A stretch of 64,000 nt of DNA from Candidatus Latescibacterota bacterium (GCA_965219385.1 CBDCNM010000002.1:778639-842638), one strand, 5' to 3'; shown: positions 19,430 to 34,095, counted from the first letter of the stretch. Program-made: numbers and translations. The notes: generated by a model from the sequence alone, not told the origin.

Positions 19430-20884
19430 CTACCCACTGTCCCGGAGCCCTATGGGATTCTCACCGCCTGACAAAACCACCTCATCCCAATCGGGCACAG
19501 ATCCATTGCGCAGCAGCTTGCGTAGCGTGTTGGCAGCGATTTCGAATCCATGGGCCAGGGCCTCCTCCAAGGAGACCCTGGGTTTGCCCTTTTTCCCATG
19601 GACTATGAACGACCGCGCATCATAGAACACTCCGACCTTCTTTGATATCTCCTTGCGTTCTTTGGCGCTTTTTCCAAGAAAGTACGCTGCCCGAGTCTTC
19701 AACTTGTAGGTCAGTGCTCCACGTTCCGGTCCATACATGATCTCCAAAGCAATTGCAGTATCGAGCACCCGGTCTTCTACTCCAAGCCGGCCTCTTCGGG
19801 AACGTGAAGCTGCTAGTCGTCGAACCGCGAGGCGGAGGGACTCGCAAGCATCTCCGTAGCTCTGCCAGCCATCTAGCATCATGAGGAATCCATTGGTACT
19901 CTCCTCTGAGAGAGGATGTCCCGACCACGAGTCATTGAGCGATCCAGACCCACTCGACCATCCGAATTTCACGTTCTCATCGAATGTCTCCATCCACTTC
20001 TCCACCCGAATGTAACGACGCTGTGCAGCAGAATACCTCCCCATCGCAATCGTCAAGAAGTCCTCCACGATCTCGTGATCCTCAGGGAACTGAACCGTGA
20101 AGGGTGGAACCGGCTGAGTGGCATTGTGGTCAACAGAGAACTGGTACTTGACACGGAGATTTTGCTCCATCTCCTCTTCGACGGAGATGACTGCTGGTCC
20201 CCAAGCCAGCTGTCGCACGAATGCAGCGGCATTCTCGGGTATTGGGTCGCACGAAGGACTAAGGGGGCGAACGTTCTCGAACAGAGAGTTCCTTTCTTCC
20301 AGAGGATCCGGACCGTAGATTGCCTTGACATCATGGTAGGGTGCCAAGAACGCCCCATCGGCGATGTCGATCCGGCCGTTGACTGTCATCCCGTAGAACA
20401 ACGTGACTTCATGGGCCTTAAGCGTGCCTGTTTCTCCCAGGATCAGGAATCGGTGAAACGTAGAGGCAGCGTTCAGCCCGTCCGTCTTCATCGCGAGTTT
20501 GGCCAAGTTCCCGACTAGGCTCTGCAGCCGAACTCGGAGCCATTGGTAGGGACTTATGAATGCAACCGCTCTCTGATCGTCCGGTTTGGTCAACACACGG
20601 TTCATGACCGGGTGTTGCCGCAAGATCTCAATTGCCTGTACCGGCTCCGTGTCCAGATGTACGGAGGAACTCTCAAAGGCGGCGCGGGCTGACGGATCAT
20701 GGCGGGCATCTTCCGCTAGCAAACGAAATTCGTCGTCTTGAGTCCAATGACTGTATTCCTGTCGCCGCCCCCTGGAATCGACCTCCGTGTACCTAATGAG
20801 GGCTTTCACCTCTGGGAACAGGGCTTCCAGCGCTGCGCCCAGCCGCTCCATCCACACGGAGGGTTCGAAATCTTGTTGGACCAT
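19430..20884 (-). CDS. Apea-like HEPN domain protein with uncharacterised N-terminus
   Basis: IALEIMY...LTYKLKTRAAYFLG...FYDARSFIVHG, containing the Rx4H motif. Confidence 0.8.
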   Translation of the reverse strand: MVQQDFEPSVWMERLGAALEALFPEVKALIRYTEVDSRGRRQEYSHWTQDDEFRLLAEDARHDPSARAAFESSSVHLDTEPVQAIEILRQHPVMNRVLTKPDDQRAVAFISPYQWLRVRLQSLVGNLAKLAMKTDGLNAASTFHRFLILGETGTLKAHEVTLFYGMTVNGRIDIADGAFLAPYHDVKAIYGPDPLEERNSLFENVRPLSPSCDPIPENAAAFVRQLAWGPAVISVEEEMEQNLRVKYQFSVDHNATQPVPPFTVQFPEDHEIVEDFLTIAMGRYSAAQRRYIRVEKWMETFDENVKFGWSSGSGSLNDSWSGHPLSEESTNGFLMMLDGWQSYGDACESLRLAVRRLAASRSRRGRLGVEDRVLDTAIALEIMYGPERGALTYKLKTRAAYFLGKSAKERKEISKKVGVFYDARSFIVHGKKGKPRVSLEEALAHGFEIAANTLRKLLRNGSVPDWDEVVLSGGENPIGLRDSG

Positions 20885-21080
20885 TATCGGCTAGGCTCCT
20901 CGGGATGCATCAAAAACGCGGTCGGAATGGGTTCCTTGCCGCGATGCTGGAGATTACGCGTGCGAGTGGGGACTAACGAGGCGCGTGAACCTCGTTGATG
21001 TTCTCGCTCGCATGCCAAGACGTGCGAGGCTAGTTGTTCAGGCGAACCCCCATAGCCAATCTCGGTACCAAAGACGATCC

Positions 21081-21808
21081 CTACCACGCCAACCCTCCCC
21101 CCCGCTGCCGCAGGTCCTCCCGCCGGCGCTCATAGTCCGGCATGATCCGCCCCACTGCCTGCCAGTAGTCCCGGCCGTGTCCGGGGTGCCGCAGGTGCAC
21201 CAGTTCGTGGACCACCACATAGTCCACCAGGCGCATCGGGGCCTGGATGATTCGCCAGTTCAGCCGAATGGTCCCGCTGCGGTCACAGCTCCCCCAGCGC
21301 TTCTGCTGGTCCGAGATGACCACCCGGGGCATCGCCACGCCGGCCTTCGACCGCCACATCTCCACCCGTTCCGGCAACCGCTCGGCGGCGTGGCGCCGCA
21401 GCCACGAGACGAGGGCGGCTCGCACGTGAGCCGTCTGTTCCGCTCCCGCCGGCGCCGGCACGTGCAGCCAGCCCCCGCGCAGCTTCGCCTCTCCACTCTC
21501 GTCGGGGTGGACCTTCAGGCGATAGTGCCGCCCGAGATACAGCACGCTCTCACCGCTCACGAACTCGCGCGGCGAGGGCGGCGCACCGTTTGACTGCACC
21601 CCCTGGAGCCGCTGCACGATCCACGCCGCCTTTCGCCGGACGACCGCGTCGAGCCGGCTAGTAGTGAAGTGCTCCGGGGCCAGGAGCAACACCCCGCCGG
21701 CGGCGTCCACCGTCACCGCCACGGTCTTCCTCCGCCGAGCGCTACGGCGGATAGCGTAGGTCAGGCGCGTACCGCCCCAGATGATGGCGGAGGTCTCCAG
21801 GCTGGCGG

Positions 21809-21812
<4 letters not shown>
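21081..21812 (-). CDS. M48/YgjP (DUF45) metallopeptidase associated with type I R-M
   Basis: KRWGSC...NWR..DYVVVHELVHLRH..H; overlaps the hsdR stop. Confidence 0.9.
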
Positions 21813-24822
<3,010 letters not shown>

Positions 24823-24826
<4 letters not shown>

Positions 24827-26035
24827 GCGGCCTCGGTGTCCGGGGTGACGCGGAGTTCGCCGGTGAGGAGGACAGCCATGAGGGAGGACTTAAGATTGTT
24901 CAGTTCGTTAAAGCAGCCCTCCTCAAGTTTCAACCGGTCATCAAACACGCCGATTCGCTCCAGGATCTCGTCTTGTTCATCCAGCCCCGGAATGGGTACC
25001 GGAAGGCTCTTCAGTTGTGTACTGTTCATGGAAGCAAGATTCGTCGTTTGCTTGGAACAGTTGAGGAAGTACGATTTTCCTCTTGAGCTTCCTCCGTAAA
25101 GAGATAGGAATTTGGGACGGAGGTTTCCAAGTGCCCTGGCGACAAAGACGTGGTTCTGGTGCAAACACGGTTGGATCTCGCCATTCCATACAGTACCTCG
25201 ACCCAACTTGTCGGCATCCCCTCCCTCCGTGAAGAGAACGTCGCCGTCCTTTAATGCGTATCGGGAAAGAGCGGTCTCGTTCACTTCCACTGACTTCATC
25301 TCTGTAAGGTCCAAGAATCCATCCTGGACATTCGCCACGCGTAGATAAGGCACGGATAGCGATCCGGCGTTCGCCTTGTTCTTGGCGAGTCCTGTCTGAA
25401 CGATAGCGACTTCCGCTAGCTTTCTGAGTTGCCAATCCTCCGGTATCTCCCCAATCTCCGTTTGCTTGAACCGCGTGTGTCTCCCCGGCAGGCCCCGCGT
25501 GAGCAGCTCCTGCATCAGGCCGCGCTTGACGACCTGCACCTGGTCGATGACCGCCTGGGTCTTCTCGATGGCGTCGTCCACCGAGGAGAGGATGGCGGCA
25601 ATCTTGCGCTGCTCGGGGAGGGAAGGGACAGGCACTCGGTATTCCCGGAGTACTCCCTTACGAATGTGCTTCATCGTACTGCCGTGAGACCTCTCCACTA
25701 GATCCGGGAGAGCGTGCCCGAGCAGATGACGCAGGAAGTCTCTGTGGACCCCTTGCCGTTCCACGACTTTGAAAATGTGCTGGTTTAGGACGGCGGGTCC
25801 GCGATTCCACTTAAGCACGGCGAGGGTCGCCGACCAGGAAAACAGAAGATCGCCGTCATTTATAAGATGTCGGCTGTCAAGGTCATCTCCGTTGTAACAG
25901 TTCGGTTGGGCGTCCGGATTAGTAATCTGGGCTATGCGAATGATGGGAAAACCGGTAGCAGCCCAATCGCTTGGTTTAAACGCACGCCCGTTGTGGTAGT
26001 CGGCCAGCTCGTCCAGGGTCCTTTGCGTCCACCCG

Positions 26036-26043
<8 letters not shown>
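24823..26043 (-). CDS. hsdS: Type I R-M specificity subunit S
   Basis: Two TRDs separated by PSLPEQRKIAAILSSVD...KRGLMQELLT; ends LKSSLMAVLLTGELRV. Confidence 0.95.
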
Positions 26044-27868
<1,825 letters not shown>

Positions 27869-27881
27869 TGGAGTGTGTCCG

Positions 27882-28124
27882 TCAGGGCAGGCACCTCACC
27901 CCGATCTCGGCGCGCCGGGCCTCCCAGGTCTTCTGCAGATTGAGCCAGAGTCCTGGCGTTGTCCCGAAGTACCGCGACAGGCGTTGTGCGGTGTCCTGCG
28001 TGACACCCCGCTGCCCGTTGAGGATGGCGGTGATCCGGTTTGCGGGGATGTCGAGTGCCTGGGCCAGTGCGTTGGCTGAGAGGTCGCCCTCGTCCATCTC
28101 GTCCCGCAGAATCTCGCCGTGATG
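27882..28124 (-). pseudogene. higA: 5'-truncated HigA antitoxin copy
   Basis: GEILRDEMDE..LSANALAQALDIP..RLSRYFGTTP.LWLNLQ; DNA closely similar to 33514-33736; no higB and no native start. Confidence 0.8.
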
Positions 28125-28246
28125 GAGGGAGAACACTTAGCGGCCCTAAACAGGCCCAGCAGGATGCAGTCATGCTCAAAGGCACGGGGGGGCTCCAAAG
28201 CGTCATCTTGCGATTGCGAAGCGTAGGAATTGACCTGCATGCTCAC

Positions 28247-28939
28247 TTATGGTGACCTTCGCCATGATGAGGTGTAGATCACTTTATCTCCAATTTCTGG
28301 AGCTGTCGTTGAAGTCCACATATTTCTCCCATCTTGGCTGAACTTCGACTTCTCATCGAGCCTCTTGTATACATCAGCAGTAATCTGCGTCGCTGGCCCG
28401 GACCGCGCAGTCAATTTGGCCGCATAGTTGGCAGCTCGCCCAACCCAGACGAGATCATTGGCGCCCCGGATGCCTGTACGTGCCACGAAAAGTTCACTCG
28501 TGTCGATACCGACTACGTGCTTCAGTGAAAAACTGCTATTCGGATACTGGTCCCGTATCGCAGGATTGATGATCTTCGTTACCCCAAAGTTGATTTTGAG
28601 AGCAGTGTCTGCGGCAGTACTGTTCTTTCTCTCCCCGATAAACACTGCCATAATACGGTCCCCATCGTAAGAAGTAATTTCCCCTCCCTCTGACCGGATG
28701 ATCCTGGCAGAGCACGCCAGATAGCACTTGTAGATTTCGGCTGCGAAACATGGCTTCGTGGTGTCTACCAGATTGGTCGAGTCGTCGAGGTCAGCATAGA
28801 GGACCGTGCCTTCTAGTGAGACCGCATCATTGCCTAGCTTCAGATCGGCTGACTCTGGCACGGATCGACCTGCCCGTTCGGACCATCTCTTTTGAAGTAT
28901 TCCATGCACCTCTGAAATGAGGTCATCTGCGAGGCCCAT
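28247..28939 (-). CDS. pycC: Pycsar pyrimidine cyclase (class III cyclase, probably cUMP-producing)
   Basis: TVLYADL..ST, YDGDRIMAVF, VGIDTS, GIRG.NDLVWVGRAANYAAKL; N-terminus MGLADDL resembles Burkholderia PycC (from memory); adjacent to a cNMP-TIR gene. Confidence 0.9.
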   Translation of the reverse strand: MGLADDLISEVHGILQKRWSERAGRSVPESADLKLGNDAVSLEGTVLYADLDDSTNLVDTTKPCFAAEIYKCYLACSARIIRSEGGEITSYDGDRIMAVFIGERKNSTAADTALKINFGVTKIINPAIRDQYPNSSFSLKHVVGIDTSELFVARTGIRGANDLVWVGRAANYAAKLTARSGPATQITADVYKRLDEKSKFSQDGRNMWTSTTAPEIGDKVIYTSSWRRSP

Positions 28940-28960
28940 GTCCCATCTCCTCCACGGCCC

Positions 28961-29869
28961 TCAACGGGAGCCAGTTGTCAGTACTTGGTTTCTCAATTGG
29001 TCACAAGCTGGGGCTACAGCAGCGGCCACCTCTCGCTCCGGGCCTGGCATATAGGTTAGGGGTATTAGGCCTTCAAGGTCGGTCGGAATCTTAATATCGA
29101 TATCGTGTGGGTAGACCAGGAACGTTCGGGCGCGGCCGAGAGCTCCCATGAAGAGTCCCAACTCAAACACTATGTTGTCTCTCGGCGCTTCACTTGCTGC
29201 ATTACGGCTGACCACCATATCGTCTGGTGATAGGACGAGTGCGGCAAAATCGACCTTCGGCAACTCTCGCTCCAAGGACTCGATTGGGAAGCTCGATGCC
29301 CTAAAGATGTCATCGGTCCAGACTTTGGCTACTATCGGGTCGTGGGCGAGTGCTGATTGGATCGTGCGAGCGATGGGAAGCGACTCTGTTGAACAGCCCA
29401 GAAACAAGACGGGTCGGGGATTCACAGACGAGACGAAGCGGTTCCGCTGTCGAAGACGTTCGGCCAGCTCACGCGCTATGTTCCGCCATAGTCGAGGGTT
29501 GGCTTCAGCCAGCTCGGTGAACTCCCTTGCTGAAACTCGTGCGATGACTACCCCTCCCTCAGCGACTGCGGATGCGGACCGTGGCTTCCCAGGATCCACC
29601 ACTGCCATTTCTCCGATGTGCTGACCTGCCGTCCTAATCGCAATCTCTCGGCCAACCACTCGAATTGAGACAACCCCAGCCAGGATGAAGCAAATGTCGT
29701 TGTCGGGAGCCGACTCTTCAATTATGGTGGAACCAGAATCGAAGCCCACGACCTCAGCATGGTCGCAGATGGTCTCTGCAAGATTCTCAGCTTCGCCTAT
29801 GACAGGCTGTCCTCTGAGCGCCTCAACTACGAAATGACGACTGTTGTGTCCAGTGAATCTCTCTAGCAT
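28961..29869 (-). CDS. pycTIR: Pycsar effector, cNMP-binding domain + TIR NADase
   Basis: IGEMAVVD...RSASAVA (cNMP-binding), then LFLGCSTE...DFAALVLSPDD...PRDNIVFELGLFMGALG (TIR with catalytic Glu). Confidence 0.9.
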   Translation of the reverse strand: MLERFTGHNSRHFVVEALRGQPVIGEAENLAETICDHAEVVGFDSGSTIIEESAPDNDICFILAGVVSIRVVGREIAIRTAGQHIGEMAVVDPGKPRSASAVAEGGVVIARVSAREFTELAEANPRLWRNIARELAERLRQRNRFVSSVNPRPVLFLGCSTESLPIARTIQSALAHDPIVAKVWTDDIFRASSFPIESLERELPKVDFAALVLSPDDMVVSRNAASEAPRDNIVFELGLFMGALGRARTFLVYPHDIDIKIPTDLEGLIPLTYMPGPEREVAAAVAPACDQLRNQVLTTGSR

Positions 29870-30006
29870 AGCTGACTCCAACTGCTGGGAGTTGGCGGCC
29901 GAGTGAACTCGCCTGAGCACACTCTTGTGTACCGCCTTTCCACCATCCGTCTCGGACCCCGGGGTGCAAGACCTCTAAACGCCGGTAGGGGGAAGGTAAG
30001 AACCCT

Positions 30007-32001
30007 CTATCCCCCCGCCGCAGCGGCCTCGCCGTCGGCGGCCAGCACCAGCACTTCGGCCTCCGCGTAACGCTTGAAGGCATCTGAGCTGGTGAAGTGG
30101 CGGAATCCGTGGTCGTTCGCGATCTGCAGGGTCTCTGGCTCTTCCCCGAGCAAGAGCGCCACCGGCTGGCTGTAGCTGTCCTGGAGCCCGTTCGGCCAAG
30201 CGAGATCGAGTATGGCGAGCGGAGCGCCCGTGTCAGGGTGCGAGAGTTCATATCCCAGTTTCCCTTCGGGGAGTCCGTGTCCCTGGATCCATTCGTTCAG
30301 ATCCATGAGGATCTTCTCTTCTTCGGCATCCGCGATTCCGCCCGGAACGGTTTCGGGTGGAGGCGCACTGACCACAGTAGCCGCCGTCTCGACTGCGTGC
30401 TCGCCCGCAGCGTCATGCAGCAGCTCCCCCAGCAGGGCGTTTGCCGCCTGGGCAAGCAGGCGTTGACGCTCTTCGAGGAAGGGGAGGTAGTTCTGCGTCT
30501 CCCAGAGATCCTCGTCCATTGGAATCCACTGCGAGGCGAGCGCACCAGGATGTCGCGTCTCGATCTCAGGGAAGTACTCGGAGGGTGGGCGATCCCTGAT
30601 CTGGAGATTCGTGTCCTTGGTCAGGAAGCAGAAATTGGCGATGGCGTTCACTTGCGGCTTCTTGAACTCATTCCGGTAGAGCATCCCCTTCGGGAAGATG
30701 TGATGGACCTCAAGTGTGTTCATGCTGCCCAGCAGCGAACTCTTCAGGGCAAGTCCCGTTCCCCAATCTCTGGCGTCGCCAACCCGCGTCAAGGCGTACA
30801 GCACGGGATAGAACCGCGCCCCAAGGCTCCAGCCACGGAAGTGTGCGGGCCCGACCCGAAGACTGCCGTGCCAGAGCCGTAGCTGGTCAAGCAGCCGGTC
30901 GATGCCTCCGTCGGTGTCCTGGATGGCCTCGAAGTCCTGGTCGAGGATGGTCTCGGTCGAACCCGAGAACCGGCCCCACATGGCGCTCTGGAAATACCAG
31001 TAGAGGAGTTGATCCCGTTCGGTGATATCCGCCAAATGGCCGCCGCGTCTGTCGATGTACCGGGACATGACGGGCAACGCGTAACGGCCGAAGAGAACAC
31101 GGTCGTGATCAAGGCCCAGACGACCGTCGATGAGGTTCAAGGCGTAGTCGACGCACCGCTCGGTGCGAGCGAGGCCATCGTGGATCGCCGCCGTCGGCAC
31201 GTCGTGAAGGTGCACGAAACGTGCCTCACCCGTCACGATGGCGTTCACGTTCCTCAGCAACCAATCGAGATTGAAGTCGTACCCGCTCTCTCGCCACCTT
31301 TCCAGAATGGACTGCATGCGCTCGCGGCCCTCAGGCCATGTGCCGCAAATCTTGGCAAGCGCCAGGTCGCCGTGCGAGAGTTTCGTGCCGCCGCTGTTGA
31401 CGCGATTGAAGATGTCCACCACCACCTCGATCGTCTTGTCAGGACCGGTTACTTCCTCCTCGTGGAGTTCGATGTCCCGGATGCCCAGAATCTTGTGTAG
31501 GCGCCCGCTGAATTCACCCCTCCTGGCCGCGAATTCCGGCACCTGTTCCAAGCGATTTTGCTGTTCTCCCAATCCGTCGTATCCTCCCTGCATCAATTCA
31601 GAGACATTGATCCATAAGGGGTCGTCTTGCATACGCGTCGGCTGATAGAACCTGAACTCCTCGTGCTGGAGATGGAAGTAGAGCCCTGTAAAGGTCTTGG
31701 CGTTGCCGTCGAAGAATGCAGGAGGTTCTCCGCGGAGAATCCCGTAGAGCGATGTCACCCGCTGCTGGCCGTCCAACAGGAGCCTCACAACGCCCGGCGC
31801 AAGATCTTGTTCGCCCCGGTGACTCACCTCCTCCGCTGGTGTAGCCCAAACAAGCAGGCTCCCAACCGGATGACGGCGGTACAGCGAATCCATCAGGCCG
31901 CGCACCTGGTCGCGATTCCAGACGTACCCGCGCTGGAATTTCGGCAGCGCCATGTAACCGCTATCGATGTAGTCGAGGATGGTCGATATTTTTACTCCCA
32001 T
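30007..32001 (-). CDS. GmrSD-like protein (DUF262 + DUF1524/HNH) with extra C-terminal domain
   Basis: FQRGYVW, LLDGQQR and FNRVNSGG; EVHHIFPK...NAIAN...DTN; C-terminal ...ILDLAWP...VALLL domain. Confidence 0.85.
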   Translation of the reverse strand: MGVKISTILDYIDSGYMALPKFQRGYVWNRDQVRGLMDSLYRRHPVGSLLVWATPAEEVSHRGEQDLAPGVVRLLLDGQQRVTSLYGILRGEPPAFFDGNAKTFTGLYFHLQHEEFRFYQPTRMQDDPLWINVSELMQGGYDGLGEQQNRLEQVPEFAARRGEFSGRLHKILGIRDIELHEEEVTGPDKTIEVVVDIFNRVNSGGTKLSHGDLALAKICGTWPEGRERMQSILERWRESGYDFNLDWLLRNVNAIVTGEARFVHLHDVPTAAIHDGLARTERCVDYALNLIDGRLGLDHDRVLFGRYALPVMSRYIDRRGGHLADITERDQLLYWYFQSAMWGRFSGSTETILDQDFEAIQDTDGGIDRLLDQLRLWHGSLRVGPAHFRGWSLGARFYPVLYALTRVGDARDWGTGLALKSSLLGSMNTLEVHHIFPKGMLYRNEFKKPQVNAIANFCFLTKDTNLQIRDRPPSEYFPEIETRHPGALASQWIPMDEDLWETQNYLPFLEERQRLLAQAANALLGELLHDAAGEHAVETAATVVSAPPPETVPGGIADAEEEKILMDLNEWIQGHGLPEGKLGYELSHPDTGAPLAILDLAWPNGLQDSYSQPVALLLGEEPETLQIANDHGFRHFTSSDAFKRYAEAEVLVLAADGEAAAAGG

Positions 32002-32125
32002 GTCTCCTCCTGTCGGGTCAGGGCGCACTTTCGCCGCCTTGGCGGCGAACTCAAGCTGCGGGGGCGGAACATCATACCCGGTCTATGACCGTGGTATGCC
32101 TGCGGAGTTCGAGTTGCCTCGGGCT

Positions 32126-32455
32126 TCAGTCGCCGGAGTCTCGGCCGGCGGTGCTGGACAACTCGACCGGCGGATGATCAGGGAATCTGACGATAAGCGA
32201 AAGGCTGCCGCCCATGGCCTCCACCGTCTTGCGCAACGTCGAGAGCAATAGATCGCTTCGCTGCTCGAGCCGCGAGACCCCGTCCTGCGAGATCCCCAAC
32301 TGGCGCGCAACGTGCGCCTGGGTGAGCCGCCGGGCCTTGCGAAGTTGGCGCAGGCTCAACTCCTGGGCAATGAGCTCTGCCGCCCGATCCTCGACCTTGC
32401 GGCGCCGGGCGGGATCGAGCGTCGCGATCTTTTCTTCCACGTTCAAAGGCATCAT
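32126..32455 (-). CDS. XRE-family HTH antitoxin
   Basis: LRQLRKARRLTQAHVARQLGISQDGVSRLEQRSDLLLSTLR..VEAMGGSL. Confidence 0.9.
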   Translation of the reverse strand: MMPLNVEEKIATLDPARRRKVEDRAAELIAQELSLRQLRKARRLTQAHVARQLGISQDGVSRLEQRSDLLLSTLRKTVEAMGGSLSLIVRFPDHPPVELSSTAGRDSGD

Positions 32456-32508
32456 GATCCTCCTTCGTTTGCGAGCCGGGCCAAGTGCCGGTTGAATCGC
32501 TCGTCAGC
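32452..32508 (-). pseudogene. C-terminal relic of a RelE/Gp49-like toxin
   Basis: ADERFNRHLARLANEGGS*, with its stop overlapping the XRE start (ATGA). Confidence 0.6.
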
Positions 32509-33766
32509 TTACCGGCCTGATGGTGTGCCGGGTCAACTTTCGCTCCCCGGAAAACGACATCATCAGGCCCCCCTCGAACCGCAGCCAGTGCGGCCGGGGC
32601 GAACTGGTCTGTTCCTCGGGACAGGCAAATCCCGGCTTTACCATGTAGATGTCTCCGCCCGGGCGCTCAATTGATCTCTCGTCCAACAACCTTTCGTAAA
32701 GGTACAGCGCAGCCTCGATGACGATCACATGGGCATACCGAATCCCGAACAAAGTGACGTTGTTCAGGATGTGAAGCTCGGGTTCCTGCGCCGCCTTGAG
32801 GGGCTTGTGTCCCTCGATGTCGGCGAGTCGGCCGACGTTGGTCGCGTGGGCACCCTCGTAGTTCACGACCGTCCGGATGATGTCCTTCAATGAGACTCCC
32901 CTGCCGTCGAAGACCACGACCTGCTGGCCGAGCCACTCATCGCAGCTCAACGCTCGCTTCGAGCCGGTGTCGAACAACTGCTCGGCACACAGTAGCCAAG
33001 GGTCTTTTTCGGACGGCGTCCCGGTCCAGTCCGCTGTCCCTGGGAGCGGCCACTCGATCGCGAACTCGAGGTCGTGAGGCGCGACGGGGAAGCGATAGGT
33101 CGGCGCAGATCCGGGACCGGGCTCATCCACCTTCGTCAGCTGCATGAAGCCGACGCCGACGCCAAAGCCGGTCTCGATGGTCCTGCGGCTTTTCCGGGGG
33201 ATCTTGCGCAGGGGCTGAAGCCGCAACTCCAAGGACTCCATCACGGCGTCGTCCAGCAGTCGGGTCTCTTTCACGCCGCGGTCCCCGAGCACCAGCTTCC
33301 TGAGGAAAACCGAACACATGCGAGCGAGAGCGCCCAGCACCTGTGGCAGGTCGCGCCGCTCGTACTGCCCGGTGGCCTGCGTGCCAAAGCCGCCGATCGC
33401 AAGCTGCAAGTCGCTCAACACTTCCGTGATCCGCTCCTTCTTGTCCTTGTCCCGACCGCCGACCAGGCTCCCCGTCGTAGGCACGAACGTCACCTTTTCC
33501 CCATCTTCGGCCTCGATCTCGGCCAGGCGGAGCTCCCAGGTCTTCTGCAGATTGAGCCAGAGCTCGGGCGTTGTTCCGAAGTACCGGGACAGGCGACGTG
33601 CGGTGTCTGCGGTGACACCCCGCTGCCCGTTGAGGATGGCGATGATCCGGTCGGCGGGGATGTCGAGTGCCTGGGCCAGTGCGTTGGCCGAGAGGTCGCG
33701 CTCGTCCATCTCGTCCCGCAGGATCTCACCGGGATGCACCGGCGGCATTTTGTTCGTTGCCGTCAT
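32504..33766 (-). CDS. higA: HigA antitoxin fused to an uncharacterised ~330-aa domain
   Basis: MPPVHPGEILRDE...FGTTPELWLNLQKTWEL continues without a stop for about 330 more aa. Confidence 0.8.
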   Translation of the reverse strand: MTATNKMPPVHPGEILRDEMDERDLSANALAQALDIPADRIIAILNGQRGVTADTARRLSRYFGTTPELWLNLQKTWELRLAEIEAEDGEKVTFVPTTGSLVGGRDKDKKERITEVLSDLQLAIGGFGTQATGQYERRDLPQVLGALARMCSVFLRKLVLGDRGVKETRLLDDAVMESLELRLQPLRKIPRKSRRTIETGFGVGVGFMQLTKVDEPGPGSAPTYRFPVAPHDLEFAIEWPLPGTADWTGTPSEKDPWLLCAEQLFDTGSKRALSCDEWLGQQVVVFDGRGVSLKDIIRTVVNYEGAHATNVGRLADIEGHKPLKAAQEPELHILNNVTLFGIRYAHVIVIEAALYLYERLLDERSIERPGGDIYMVKPGFACPEEQTSSPRPHWLRFEGGLMMSFSGERKLTRHTIRPVS

Positions 33767-33776
33767 GCTCACCTCT

Positions 33777-34055
33777 TCAGTGGTAGTCCACAATTTCGAC
33801 GTCCCGTGGTCCGTCGTCGGTCCAGCGGAAGCAGATCCGCCACCGGACGTTGATCCTGATGCTGTATTGGCCTGCGCGGTCGCCCCGCAATACCTCGAGC
33901 CGGTTGCTTCTCAACACGGCCAGGTCGCCCAGCGCCTCGGCACTGTCCAATACGGCAAGCCGGCGGGTTGCCTGGGCGGCGAAGGCCTGAAAGCGAGCAA
34001 TGTGCGCGCCCTCGAAGAAACGCCGCGTGTCCTTGTCTTTGAAGCTCTGGATCAT
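33777..34055 (-). CDS. higB: HigB toxin (RelE/ParE, plasmid maintenance killer family)
   Basis: MIQSFKDK...NRLEVLRGDRAGQYSIRIN..WRICF.W....DVEIVDYH. Confidence 0.93.
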   Translation of the reverse strand: MIQSFKDKDTRRFFEGAHIARFQAFAAQATRRLAVLDSAEALGDLAVLRSNRLEVLRGDRAGQYSIRINVRWRICFRWTDDGPRDVEIVDYH

Positions 34056-34075
34056 GCAATGGCGAACACGCCTAC

Positions 34076-34095
34076 TACGTTTTACGCAAAACGTA
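34076..34095. promoter_or_regulatory. Palindromic HigA operator candidate
   Basis: TACGTTTT-ACGC-AAAACGTA, 20 bp upstream of the higB start. Confidence 0.7.

Noticed and set aside
28247..29869. CBASS or Thoeris interpretation of the TIR gene
   Set aside because: The partner is a class III cyclase and the sensor is a cNMP-binding domain; no CD-NTase or ThsA is present.
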